From assembly GCA_034189385.1 (NCBI GenBank), contig JAXHVD010000004.1, positions 1-64,000 on the forward strand: DNA of 64,000 nucleotides, given 5' to 3'. This DNA comes from Thermodesulfobacteriota bacterium. GTDB taxonomy: Bacteria > Desulfobacterota > Desulfobacteria > Desulfobacterales > C00003060. Positions 1-8,905 of the stretch are shown piece after piece (positions within the stretch are counted from its first letter, which is position 1; every line of letters begins with the position of its first letter). The notes below the pieces were generated by a model, which saw nothing but the letters and a program-made list of their open reading frames with translations, ran no database searches and was not told the DNA's origin. The position numbers were made by a program, and so were the translations under genes.

Positions 1-103
1 CTCCTCCTCTTCTACATACAAACCCTTGTCCAGGGGACGCACGAAGTCCTTCACCAACTCTCTTGACACCATCTTCGCCTGCTCCAAATGACCCCCTCCT
101 TTG

Positions 104-120
104 AGCAAGGGCCGTGCCAA
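104..120 (-). promoter_or_regulatory. Sigma-54 (-24/-12) promoter for a gene starting just left of the window
   Basis: Minus strand reads TTGGCACGGCCCTTGCT, a full TGGCAC-N5-TTGC consensus; an AGGAGGAG RBS-like sequence lies at 1-8 on the same strand. Confidence 0.8.
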
Positions 121-217
121 GATTCAACAGCCCTCTTTTCCCATAATAACTTGTTGGTATCTATAAGTTTATCCGTTATGGACACGCCGCCATATGCCAG
201 GTGAAGCTTACAGGCTT

Positions 218-251
218 GGCAACTTTTTGCCGTTGCCGGCACAACTTTGCC
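218..251. promoter_or_regulatory. Tandem palindromic enhancer-like sites (GGCA-N6-TGCC x2)
   Basis: GGCAACTTTTTGCC (218-231) and GGCACAACTTTGCC (238-251), 20 bp apart and about 100-130 bp upstream of the sigma-54 promoter. Confidence 0.55.
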
Positions 252-409
252 ATTTTGAAGCCCAATCACTGTGGCAACGGCAGGCTATTTTGGTGCACCG
301 TACCCCCCCGGCAGATCCTAGACGGAGCCGCACAGCAGGCCCCCTCCCTGTAAACAACAAGCGCTTCTGTCTTGACATAAGTCCCGGAAGTGATAAGTAA
401 ACTCCAGAA

Positions 410-1558
410 ATGAAAATCTCTCATATCATCCTTTTGGCCATAGCTCTGATGCTGCTCCTGGTGGTGAGCAATTACCAAGCTATCTCCAAGATATGGTCCC
501 CTTCCCCCATAACAGCCCCCTTTTCGCCTGAGGCGTCTGAGGCAGGCGACGCCCCCTGGTACACCATGCAACTCCCTGTCCTTGGACAAGGTTTTAACGT
601 GTTGGTCCTCGTGGCTATTGGGTTCTCCGTGGGCATCCTGGGACGGTTTTTCGGGATGTTCGGTACGTGGATTGTGACGCCAGCCCTGCACATATTCGGC
701 TTTCCTGCGGCCATGGCCGTGGGCACAGACCTCACGCGAATGACTGGTGAATCTTACGTCACGGCCTACAAATATGCTAACCGGGAAGACGTGGATCCCA
801 AGGTGATTGTTCTCTTTGTCATGGGCATGGCCGTGGGCATTGAGATCGGCGTTCGGACCCTCTTGTGGCTCACCGGCCTCGATGTGGCCGGGACCGTGAT
901 ACGGGTTGTATACATGGTCGTTCTCCTGGGACTGAGCTTTTTCATCATCCTCGACTATTTGAAATCAAAGAGACAAAATGCTGGGTCCGGGGAAGGCATG
1001 GGCTGGACTGCCCCACCTGAGGGAGGCACTGCCGTGGCGCGCAAGCTCCAAGCCACCAACCTTCCCCCCATGATGACCCTGTCGTCTGGTGTAAGGGTCT
1101 CGCTGTGGAGCGTCTTGTTCATTGTCATGCTCACAGGTTGGTTCTTTGGGCTTCTAGGGGTGGTGGGCGGCCTTCTGCTTCTGCCCGCCATGATCTATCT
1201 CATGGGGATGCTTCCGACAACTGCTACAGGCATCGACCTCTTCAGCAGAGTCCTTTCCGGTACTTACGCCTGTCTGACCTATGCCTTGAAGGGCCAGGTG
1301 GAATTCCTGGGGGTTCTATGGGTTTTCCTGGGTATCATCATAGGGGTACAGGTAAGTGCCCGAGGGGCCCACTATATCCGTGGACAAGGGGTCCGGCTCC
1401 TTTTCGCCATCATCATGGCCATGGTGGGATTGTCCGTTGCGCTGAGGCAATTTGGCGCAACAGGTCTGTCCCACGTGATTTTGCTAGTTGCCATCCTTAC
1501 CATCTGTGCCATCGTCATCATCAAGCCGATCCAGGGCTTTCTGCAAAACCGACATTGA
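410..1558 (+). CDS. Sulfite exporter TauE/SafE family membrane protein
   Basis: Many TM helices, two internal repeats (GILGRFFGMFGTWIVTPAL..AVGTDL; GLLGVVGGLLLLPAMIYL..ATGIDL). Confidence 0.8.
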   Translation: MKISHIILLAIALMLLLVVSNYQAISKIWSPSPITAPFSPEASEAGDAPWYTMQLPVLGQGFNVLVLVAIGFSVGILGRFFGMFGTWIVTPALHIFGFPAAMAVGTDLTRMTGESYVTAYKYANREDVDPKVIVLFVMGMAVGIEIGVRTLLWLTGLDVAGTVIRVVYMVVLLGLSFFIILDYLKSKRQNAGSGEGMGWTAPPEGGTAVARKLQATNLPPMMTLSSGVRVSLWSVLFIVMLTGWFFGLLGVVGGLLLLPAMIYLMGMLPTTATGIDLFSRVLSGTYACLTYALKGQVEFLGVLWVFLGIIIGVQVSARGAHYIRGQGVRLLFAIIMAMVGLSVALRQFGATGLSHVILLVAILTICAIVIIKPIQGFLQNRH

Positions 1559-1578
1559 CAGGATCATGGTTGAAAATC

Positions 1579-4176
1579 ATGGCCAAGTTAAGAACGTTTT
1601 TCAAGAAGGTCTTCAAAGGAACAGACAAACCTGAAGAGTCCCCAGAAGCCCTCAGGTCCATGTTCAAGGTGAGGTACTGGAGTTTCAAGACCCTCTTGAA
1701 CGCCAATAACGCCGCCCTAGAGATCATCTCTGACATGGAGCGTGCCATTCACGGCACCCAGGGCTTTGGCATGGCCTTTATTCGGGCCAACTGCACTGCT
1801 GTCTCGGTCAATGTGTACAAGATCGTAGAGAACATGAACGCCCTTGCCCCCAACGGGTACCAAGCGCTCTTTGGCATCTTTGAAAAAATCCGAAATAAAG
1901 TAGATGGTGTGTTGGGTGAGCAGCGGGAGTTTGGGACGGGGAAACTGATACTTCCCCTTGAGGAAGTCAACAAGGATATGGCCGACCAAGTGGGCAACAA
2001 AATGGCGAACCTGGGAGAGATCAAGAATCTAGCGGGCCTCCCAGTCCCCGAAGGCTTTGTCATGACGGCCTCCGCCTACAAACGCTTTCTGGAACATAAC
2101 AGTCTCCAGGATGAGATCAATCGTCGAGTTCAACAGTTAAACCTTGAAGATATGGAAAAACTCCACACGGCAAGCGCCGATATTCAACAACTTATTATTC
2201 GTGCCAAACTTCCTCCTGAGCTTGAAGAGGCCATCCTTTCTCACTACAGGGGCCTCGAAAGAAAAACAGAAGAAGGCATTAACGTGTCCCTCCGCAGCAG
2301 CGCCCTGGGTGAAGACACGGAAAGGTCCTCCTTTGCCGGTCAGTACCGTTCAGAACTTAACGTACACCGTCAATTCCTGGGCCACACCTATAAAGAGATC
2401 GTGGCAAGCAAGTATACGCCTCAAGCAATCAGCTACCGCTTGAGCATGGGTTTCAAGGATGAAGATATTGCCATGTCTGTGGGTTGCATGGCTATGGTGG
2501 ATGCTGTTTCCTCAGGCGTCATGTATTCTGTCGATCCAGGAAACATTCGCAATAACGTGGTCTTCATTAATGCCGTATGGGGCCTTGCCAAAGCAGTGGT
2601 GGACGGCACCGTATCTCCAGATCTCTTTGTGATCTCCAAAGACCAGCCAGGACAAATCCTGAAAAAGGAGATCAGCACCAAGGAGCAGAGGTTTTTGTGT
2701 TTTGCCGAGGAAGGGGTGTGTCGCATGGCCCTAGTGGAAGGGGACAAGGACAAGCCTGCTATTGCTGATGACCAGGTATTAGCCTTGGCAGAGTTGGCCG
2801 CTCGCCTGGAAGATTATTATGGAAGTCCTCAGGACATCGAGTGGTCCATTGGACAAGATGGTGTGATAAGAATCCTCCAAAGCCGGCCATTGAGACAACT
2901 GGATGTAGAAACAAAGGCCATTGATGAGGTGACTAAACTCAAATTGGAGGCCCCTATTATCCTGGAAGGCGGGATCACGGCCAGCGGCGGAGTTGCCAGT
3001 GGACCAGCCTTTGTAGTCAATACCACAGTGGATATGCTCCAGTTCCCTTCAGGGGCCGTCTTGGTTACCCAACACAGTCTACCCCAATGGGCAGCAGCCT
3101 TGAGTCGTGCTGCTGCTGTGATTACAGATCGTGGGGGCATTGCGGGACATCTCGCCACTGTTTCGAGAGAGTTCAGTGTTCCCGCCCTCTTCAACACATT
3201 GGAGGCCACCAAGAAGATTGAAAATGGCACGATCCTCACCGTTGATGCAGAGGGACGGAAGGTCTACGAGGGGAAGGTGGAAGCCCTGCTAGAGGAGGCG
3301 TCTACCGCAAAGGTGAACCTCATGAAGGGCAGCCCTGTCTACAATACCCTGGAAAAGACCCTTCAATATATTTCCCCCCTGAACCTGACCGATCCCGATG
3401 GACCCGATTTCAAGCCCGAGGCGTGTCAGACCTATCACGACATCACCCGCTTTTGCCATGAAAAGGCCGTCAAGGAGATGTTTAGCTTCGGAAAGAAGTA
3501 CCACTTTCCGGAGCGTTCGAGTAAACAACTGGTCTGTGACATCCCTGTAAGATATTGGGTCATTGACCTTGAGGATGGATTCAAGGAGCCAGTTGAGGGC
3601 AACAAGGTGAAGTTGGAAAACATAGCGTCCATTCCCATGTTGGCCTTGTGGGAAGGTATCACGGCCATACCGTGGGGAGGTCCCCCTCCGGTCGACGCAA
3701 AAGGGTTTGCCGCCATCATGTTCCGCTCGACCATGGACCCGTCCTTGGATCCTGCGAGACAATCTCGTTATGCTGATAAGAACTACTTCATGATCTCAAA
3801 AAACTTCTGCAATTTAGCCTCTCGTTTTGGATACCACTTTTCAACCGTGGAGGCATTCTTAAGCGACAGGTCTAAGGAAAACTATGCGAGCTTCACCTTC
3901 AAGGGCGGGGCGGCCGATTTAGAAAGGAGAGTTCGGAGAATCAAGTTCATTGAGTATATCTTGGAACAATTCGGTTTTCGGATTGAGATCAACAAAGACT
4001 GGATGGTGGCCCGCTTGGAAGGATGCGAAAAGGATTATCTCATAGAACGGCTCAAGGTGCTCGGCTATGTCACCATGCACACTAGACAACTCGACATGAT
4101 TATGGCCAACCAGGCCAAGGTAAACTACTATATAGAACAGCACCTAAAGGATATACGTTCTTTCGTCTCCCTGTGA
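1579..4176 (+). CDS. PEP synthase/pyruvate,water dikinase-like protein (ATP-grasp domain + phospho-His swivel domain + non-TIM-barrel C-terminal domain)
   Basis: VGNKMANLGE, VSLRSSALGED..SFAGQY, PQDIEW, ILQSRP, TDRGGIAGHLATVSREF; start moved from the 1105 ORF start to ATG 1579 (MAKLRTFF) just after the TauE stop. Confidence 0.85.
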   Translation: MAKLRTFFKKVFKGTDKPEESPEALRSMFKVRYWSFKTLLNANNAALEIISDMERAIHGTQGFGMAFIRANCTAVSVNVYKIVENMNALAPNGYQALFGIFEKIRNKVDGVLGEQREFGTGKLILPLEEVNKDMADQVGNKMANLGEIKNLAGLPVPEGFVMTASAYKRFLEHNSLQDEINRRVQQLNLEDMEKLHTASADIQQLIIRAKLPPELEEAILSHYRGLERKTEEGINVSLRSSALGEDTERSSFAGQYRSELNVHRQFLGHTYKEIVASKYTPQAISYRLSMGFKDEDIAMSVGCMAMVDAVSSGVMYSVDPGNIRNNVVFINAVWGLAKAVVDGTVSPDLFVISKDQPGQILKKEISTKEQRFLCFAEEGVCRMALVEGDKDKPAIADDQVLALAELAARLEDYYGSPQDIEWSIGQDGVIRILQSRPLRQLDVETKAIDEVTKLKLEAPIILEGGITASGGVASGPAFVVNTTVDMLQFPSGAVLVTQHSLPQWAAALSRAAAVITDRGGIAGHLATVSREFSVPALFNTLEATKKIENGTILTVDAEGRKVYEGKVEALLEEASTAKVNLMKGSPVYNTLEKTLQYISPLNLTDPDGPDFKPEACQTYHDITRFCHEKAVKEMFSFGKKYHFPERSSKQLVCDIPVRYWVIDLEDGFKEPVEGNKVKLENIASIPMLALWEGITAIPWGGPPPVDAKGFAAIMFRSTMDPSLDPARQSRYADKNYFMISKNFCNLASRFGYHFSTVEAFLSDRSKENYASFTFKGGAADLERRVRRIKFIEYILEQFGFRIEINKDWMVARLEGCEKDYLIERLKVLGYVTMHTRQLDMIMANQAKVNYYIEQHLKDIRSFVSL

Positions 4177-4535
4177 GTTGAACGCCCGGCTTGTGGGTGA
4201 ACCGAAGCATCGGTCATAAAAAAATCCAAAAAGACCATCGGCGTTTTATGACAAGGAGATATTTTTGTTTACCACGCTGGCCTGCATGCATGTGTTCAGT
4301 AGCCTGACACATCCAAGGCATCTGGGCGAGGCCTCCGATGACATCCCTACACCGAAAGTGCTTTTGTCATTCGTGACTTTCTTGGTTGTGAGGCCTACTT
4401 CGGACCCATTATACTTCCTTGAGCCATTTGGATGAGGTGAAGAAGCAATGTTTTTTTCGTGGTGGTCTTTTGGGTGCTGCCTTTGCAGTGCCTTTTCAAA
4501 CAACGGGACAGTGGGAATAGAGGGGAGGTAGAACT

Positions 4536-4976
4536 ATGGTGCCGCTCAGAGTCCTAGTGGTGGATGACGAGGATGATTTCCGTCAGACCCTAGTAATGCG
4601 ACTGCAAAAGCGAGAGCTAGATGTGGTGGGAGTCCGAAGCGGGGAAGAGGCCCTTGAGTTGTTAGGTAAGAAGGGCTTTGATGTCGTTACTCTGGGCGTC
4701 AAAATGCCAGGCATGGACGGCGTGGAAGTCCTGGGAGAGATAAAGAAGAAATGGCCTCTCCTAGAGGTCATTATGCTTAGCGGCTGTGCCTCGGTGGCAT
4801 GCGGAGTTGAAAGCATGAGGCTGGGTGCTTTCGATTACGTTGTGAAGCCACCGGACATGGATGAGTTGTATGAGAAGTTGCAAAAGGCGTATGAAAGGAA
4901 ATCCCTGCAGGAAGAACAAGCTCACCATGCCAGGGCTAACGAAGGCAACGATCATCCCCAAAAGGCCGCTGAGTAG
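4536..4976 (+). CDS. Single-domain response regulator, atypical (phospho-acceptor Asp replaced by Gly)
   Basis: VLVVDDE..FDVVTLGVKMPGMDG..GAFDYVVKP; GGAGG RBS. Confidence 0.85.
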   Translation: MVPLRVLVVDDEDDFRQTLVMRLQKRELDVVGVRSGEEALELLGKKGFDVVTLGVKMPGMDGVEVLGEIKKKWPLLEVIMLSGCASVACGVESMRLGAFDYVVKPPDMDELYEKLQKAYERKSLQEEQAHHARANEGNDHPQKAAE

Positions 4977-5101
4977 CATTCTTGTGGTGCCGAACACCGC
5001 AGAGTTTCCATGGAAAAATAGACAAGAACGTCAGTTTTGATGTAACGCCTCTTCAGCGTTGCCTATTAGGGATTTGTCTTTGGTGGAAAGGGGATTGATG
5101 G

Positions 5102-7621
5102 GTGAGCGATAAGGTAAAATGCTGGGAGTATTTTCAGTGTGACAAGGCCCAATGCCCGGCTTACCAGTCAGAAGAGGCGATGTGTTGGGTTGCCTCGGGC
5201 ACCCATTGTCGAGACGAGATCCAGGGCAGGTTTCTGGAGAAGATGGAGATGTGCCTTGAATGCAAGCTCTTTAAAGAGAACATGAGTGTGGATTCAATGG
5301 TAAAAACCCTGAAGGTAGTAAACAGGCAGTTCACGGAATTTAGAGCGAGGGTGGAGCAATGCGATAGAGAGGCGCAAGGTGTCAGTATGGAGTTGGCCCT
5401 GGGGTTATCAGAGGCCTTTGAAGCCCTAAAACGGATTTCCTCTGGAGATCCTTTGGTCAGAATTGCTGAGACCTCGGGGCTTGAATTGATTTCTAAACTG
5501 AAGCACATCGTCAACCTGACCGCGGAAAACCTTGGAGAGATGGTTGATCTTTCTCATGAGTTCGCCATGGGGCTTGCCGAACACTTTAATGTCCTGCACA
5601 GAGTCTCAAAAGGGGACCTCACTGCCCAGGTATTGGGAAGTTCGCAATTGGAGCTCCTGGAATGCCTTAAGCAAGTCACAAATCAGATGATCGAGAGTGT
5701 CGCCAGGGAGATCAGGGAGCGGAAGAACGCAGAGGAGGCCCTTCGTGAATCTGAAGCAAAATACAGCGGGCTTTTGGAAAACTCACTGACGGGCATCTAC
5801 ATCGACCAGGATGGAAGGATCGTCTTTGCCAACAGGCGATTTGCTGAAATTTATGGCTATTGGAGAAGAACATTGATCGGCATGGAATCGTGGCGATTGG
5901 TCCATCCCGATGACAGGGCACTCACAAACGAAATGCGGGCAAAACGGCTCAAGGGCCAGCCAGTTCCGTCGGAATACGAAGCCAAAGGCCTCACAAAAGA
6001 TGGCCGAACCATATGGATTATAAGGAGAAACAAGCGGATAGAGTACGAGGGACGGCCTGCTGTCTTGGGTAACATCGTGGATATCACACAAAGAAAACGG
6101 GCAGAACAGGCCCTGCGAGAACGGGAGGAAGAACTCAGAAAAAGACATCACGAGCTAGAGGCCGTAAACAGCATCCTTGTACGGGTCACAGAGCAATACG
6201 ATCTGAATGGTATGGGCCGTGTCCTCCAAGACACGATGGAAGAATTCTACCCAAAGATTCATACTCTCCTCTTCCTTCTTGTGCCAAACGGAGAGGGCTT
6301 TTACTTGCCCCAGGGAAGGCGGGGTCAGAGTAAACCAACCTGCTATGATCGAGCCACAGACAGAATCAAGGACCCCGACCTGGAGCACGATCTGCTTACC
6401 TTGTTAACCACTGAAAAGGTCCGGCCCCTTCACTCCGGGGAAAAGGCTCATGGCCCGGCCATCATCCAGCGTCTCGCCCAGGAATATAGGGCGTGGATGG
6501 CCGTCCCTATTGAAGTGGACGAGGTATGCTATGGACTTTTTCTGGTGGGATCACCGTTCAAAGACGTCCCAGTAGAGGAAGATTTGATCTTTATGGAATC
6601 CCTGATCCGCCGAATTTCCGGGGTAATCAAGAATCAGATTTCCAAGGAGCTTCGGGAGGAAGCATTTAAAAGGCAGCTGACCGGTCCGGACAAATTCATG
6701 GGCATCGTCGGCCAAAGTCAGCCTATGCAAAAGATCTACCGTATGATCGAGGCAGTGAGTGATTCAGAAAGTACGGTCCTTGTTACGGGCGAGAGTGGAA
6801 CGGGAAAAGAGCTCTTGGCCCGTGCCATTCACCAAGCAGGCAAATACAGGGGGACTCCGTTTTTGGCTGCCCATTGCTCTTCCTTTGTCCCCACGCTGGT
6901 CCACTCCGAGCTTTTTGGACACGAGAAAGGGGCGTTTACAGGGGCTTCTAAGCGCAAACTTGGACGGCTGGAGCGAGCTCAGGGCGGCATTCTCTTCTTG
7001 GATGAGGTCGCTGATTTGCCTCTTGAGACCCAGGTCCTCCTTCTTAGATTTCTGCAGGACAAGAGTTTCGAACGGGTGGGCGGTGAATATCCTGTTGAGG
7101 CCAATGTAAGGATTATTGCGGCTACCAATAGACAGGTTGAAAAGGAGTTGGAGTCCGGTCGTCTTAGAGAGGATTTCTATTATCGGTTAAATGTGGTGCG
7201 TATCCATGTGCCTCCCCTTCGCGAACGTATCATGGACGTACCTTTGCTGGCGAATCATTTCCTTCGGACCTACTGTCTCATTGAGGGAAAAGAGGTGGCG
7301 GGATTTGATACAGAGGCCATGCAATTGATCATGCATTATCACTGGCCCGGGAACGTGAGAGAGCTCCAAAACACCATCGCCAGATGTGTGGTGTTGTCCT
7401 CAGGGCCCTCTATCCGGGCCGAGGACCTGCCCCAGACCGTCCATACTCCCCACAGGGCTGCGACGGACTACTCGCTGGCAAAAAATGAAAGGGACCTCGT
7501 CTTGCAGGTACTCAATAAATGCAACTGGAACAAACACGAAACCGCCCGCGTACTCGGCATCAGCAGAACAACTCTATATAGTAAGCTGAAAAAACACAAC
7601 ATTCGACCACAAGCCATCTGA
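5102..7621 (+). CDS. Sigma-54-dependent activator: Cys-rich two-CW module, HAMP-like region, PAS, GAF-like, AAA+, Fis HTH
   Basis: GESGTGKE, SELFGHEKGAFTGA, LFLDEV, WPGNVRELQN, LGISRTTLYSKL. Confidence 0.92.
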   Translation: MSDKVKCWEYFQCDKAQCPAYQSEEAMCWVASGTHCRDEIQGRFLEKMEMCLECKLFKENMSVDSMVKTLKVVNRQFTEFRARVEQCDREAQGVSMELALGLSEAFEALKRISSGDPLVRIAETSGLELISKLKHIVNLTAENLGEMVDLSHEFAMGLAEHFNVLHRVSKGDLTAQVLGSSQLELLECLKQVTNQMIESVAREIRERKNAEEALRESEAKYSGLLENSLTGIYIDQDGRIVFANRRFAEIYGYWRRTLIGMESWRLVHPDDRALTNEMRAKRLKGQPVPSEYEAKGLTKDGRTIWIIRRNKRIEYEGRPAVLGNIVDITQRKRAEQALREREEELRKRHHELEAVNSILVRVTEQYDLNGMGRVLQDTMEEFYPKIHTLLFLLVPNGEGFYLPQGRRGQSKPTCYDRATDRIKDPDLEHDLLTLLTTEKVRPLHSGEKAHGPAIIQRLAQEYRAWMAVPIEVDEVCYGLFLVGSPFKDVPVEEDLIFMESLIRRISGVIKNQISKELREEAFKRQLTGPDKFMGIVGQSQPMQKIYRMIEAVSDSESTVLVTGESGTGKELLARAIHQAGKYRGTPFLAAHCSSFVPTLVHSELFGHEKGAFTGASKRKLGRLERAQGGILFLDEVADLPLETQVLLLRFLQDKSFERVGGEYPVEANVRIIAATNRQVEKELESGRLREDFYYRLNVVRIHVPPLRERIMDVPLLANHFLRTYCLIEGKEVAGFDTEAMQLIMHYHWPGNVRELQNTIARCVVLSSGPSIRAEDLPQTVHTPHRAATDYSLAKNERDLVLQVLNKCNWNKHETARVLGISRTTLYSKLKKHNIRPQAI

Positions 7622-7778
7622 CTGTGGGCATTATGCTGTATACACAAACCTTGTAATCGGCGTCCTGTTTTAGGCGGTCATCGGGATTCCGTCCCGTGTC
7701 GTATTCCAACCTTCCTTTTCCAGTTGGGCAACGCCCGCGCTCTGCTGCTCCTTTAGGGGCGTCATAAGACACCGCCGC

Positions 7779-8873
7779 CTAAGACCTTAGTCTTTTCTTA
7801 CAGGCACGAAGGGCTGTTTCCACATGCATCCGAACCCATCCGTTTTTGTCCTTTATAGCTTGACTAAGTGGACCGATGGCCCTTTCGTCGCCAATCTCGC
7901 CAAGGGCCTTTGCTGCCTGGACGCGCAAATTCTTATCTCCATCCCCTAAAGCTTGAACGAGTGCATCAACGGCCCTGGCATCCCCTATCTTGCCAAGGGC
8001 CCATGCTGCCTGGACTTGCACATGAGGTGTATCGTCGTCCGTTAAGACTTGAATCAGAGACCCCACGGCTCTCGGGTCCCCTATCGTCACAAGGGCCCAT
8101 GCTGCACGTTCTCGAGCAATACGGGCGTCATCATCCGTTAAGACTTTCATGAGTGATTCGATGGCTGCTGCATTCCCTATTTCACCGAGAGCATCTGCTG
8201 CTCCTGCCCTCACACTTGCCGCCTTATCCGCCAAGGCCTGGACGAGTGGATCAACAGCCCTCGGGTCTCCCACCTCGCCAAGAGAAATCCCTGCGTGATG
8301 TCGCACATCCTCATTTTCGTCTCCCAAAGCTTGGATGAGTGAGTCGACGGCTCTGGCATCCCTTATCTCACCAAGAATCTTCGCGGCCTCAACACGCACA
8401 TCTGCATTTTTGTCCCTTAGGGCCTGGATAAGGGGCTCCACTGCCCTTGCATCCCCTATCTTGACCACTGCTCGGGCTGCCTGACGTCGAACTTCACTGT
8501 CTTCATCCCTCAAGACCTGCACGAGGGGCTCCACCGCCCTTGCATCCCCTATTTCAACAAGAATCTTTGCGGCCTCAACGCGCACATCTGCATTTTCGTC
8601 CTCTAAGGCCTGGATGAGGGGCTCCACCGCCCTTGCATCCCCTATCTTGACCACTGCTCGGGCTGCTTGACGTCGGACACCACTGTCTTCATCCCTTAAG
8701 GCCTGGATGAGGGGCTCCACTGCCCTTGCATCCCCTATATCGCCAAGAATCCGTGCTGATATCTCTCTTATCTCTGCATCTTTCTTGTAACTAAGAGCCC
8801 GTATGAGCCCTTCACTGTCCTTCTTGTCCTTCAGTTTAGCCACATTAGGCGCAAACAAATCCTTGAATCCCAT
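7779..8873 (-). CDS. HEAT/PBS-lyase repeat protein
   Basis: About 10 repeats of ~31 aa: [29 protein letters not shown]. Confidence 0.9.
   Translation of the reverse strand: MGFKDLFAPNVAKLKDKKDSEGLIRALSYKKDAEIREISARILGDIGDARAVEPLIQALRDEDSGVRRQAARAVVKIGDARAVEPLIQALEDENADVRVEAAKILVEIGDARAVEPLVQVLRDEDSEVRRQAARAVVKIGDARAVEPLIQALRDKNADVRVEAAKILGEIRDARAVDSLIQALGDENEDVRHHAGISLGEVGDPRAVDPLVQALADKAASVRAGAADALGEIGNAAAIESLMKVLTDDDARIARERAAWALVTIGDPRAVGSLIQVLTDDDTPHVQVQAAWALGKIGDARAVDALVQALGDGDKNLRVQAAKALGEIGDERAIGPLSQAIKDKNGWVRMHVETALRACKKRLRS
8380..8750. repeat. Intragenic 93-bp tandem repeat with a 186-bp higher-order unit
   Basis: gcccttgcatcccctat occurs exactly at 8443, 8536, 8629 and 8722. Confidence 0.85.
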
Positions 8874-8905
8874 TTTTCCTTATCCTTGCAGGACCAAGTG
8901 TTCAA

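Noticed and set aside
1105..1578. 158-aa N-terminal extension of the dikinase-like ORF
   Set aside because: Overlaps TauE in another frame and has shadow-like composition; ATG 1579 fits the operon spacing
8380..8750. Regular repeats as a CRISPR array
   Set aside because: In-frame 93-bp coding repeats, intervening sequence also repeated, no cas genes
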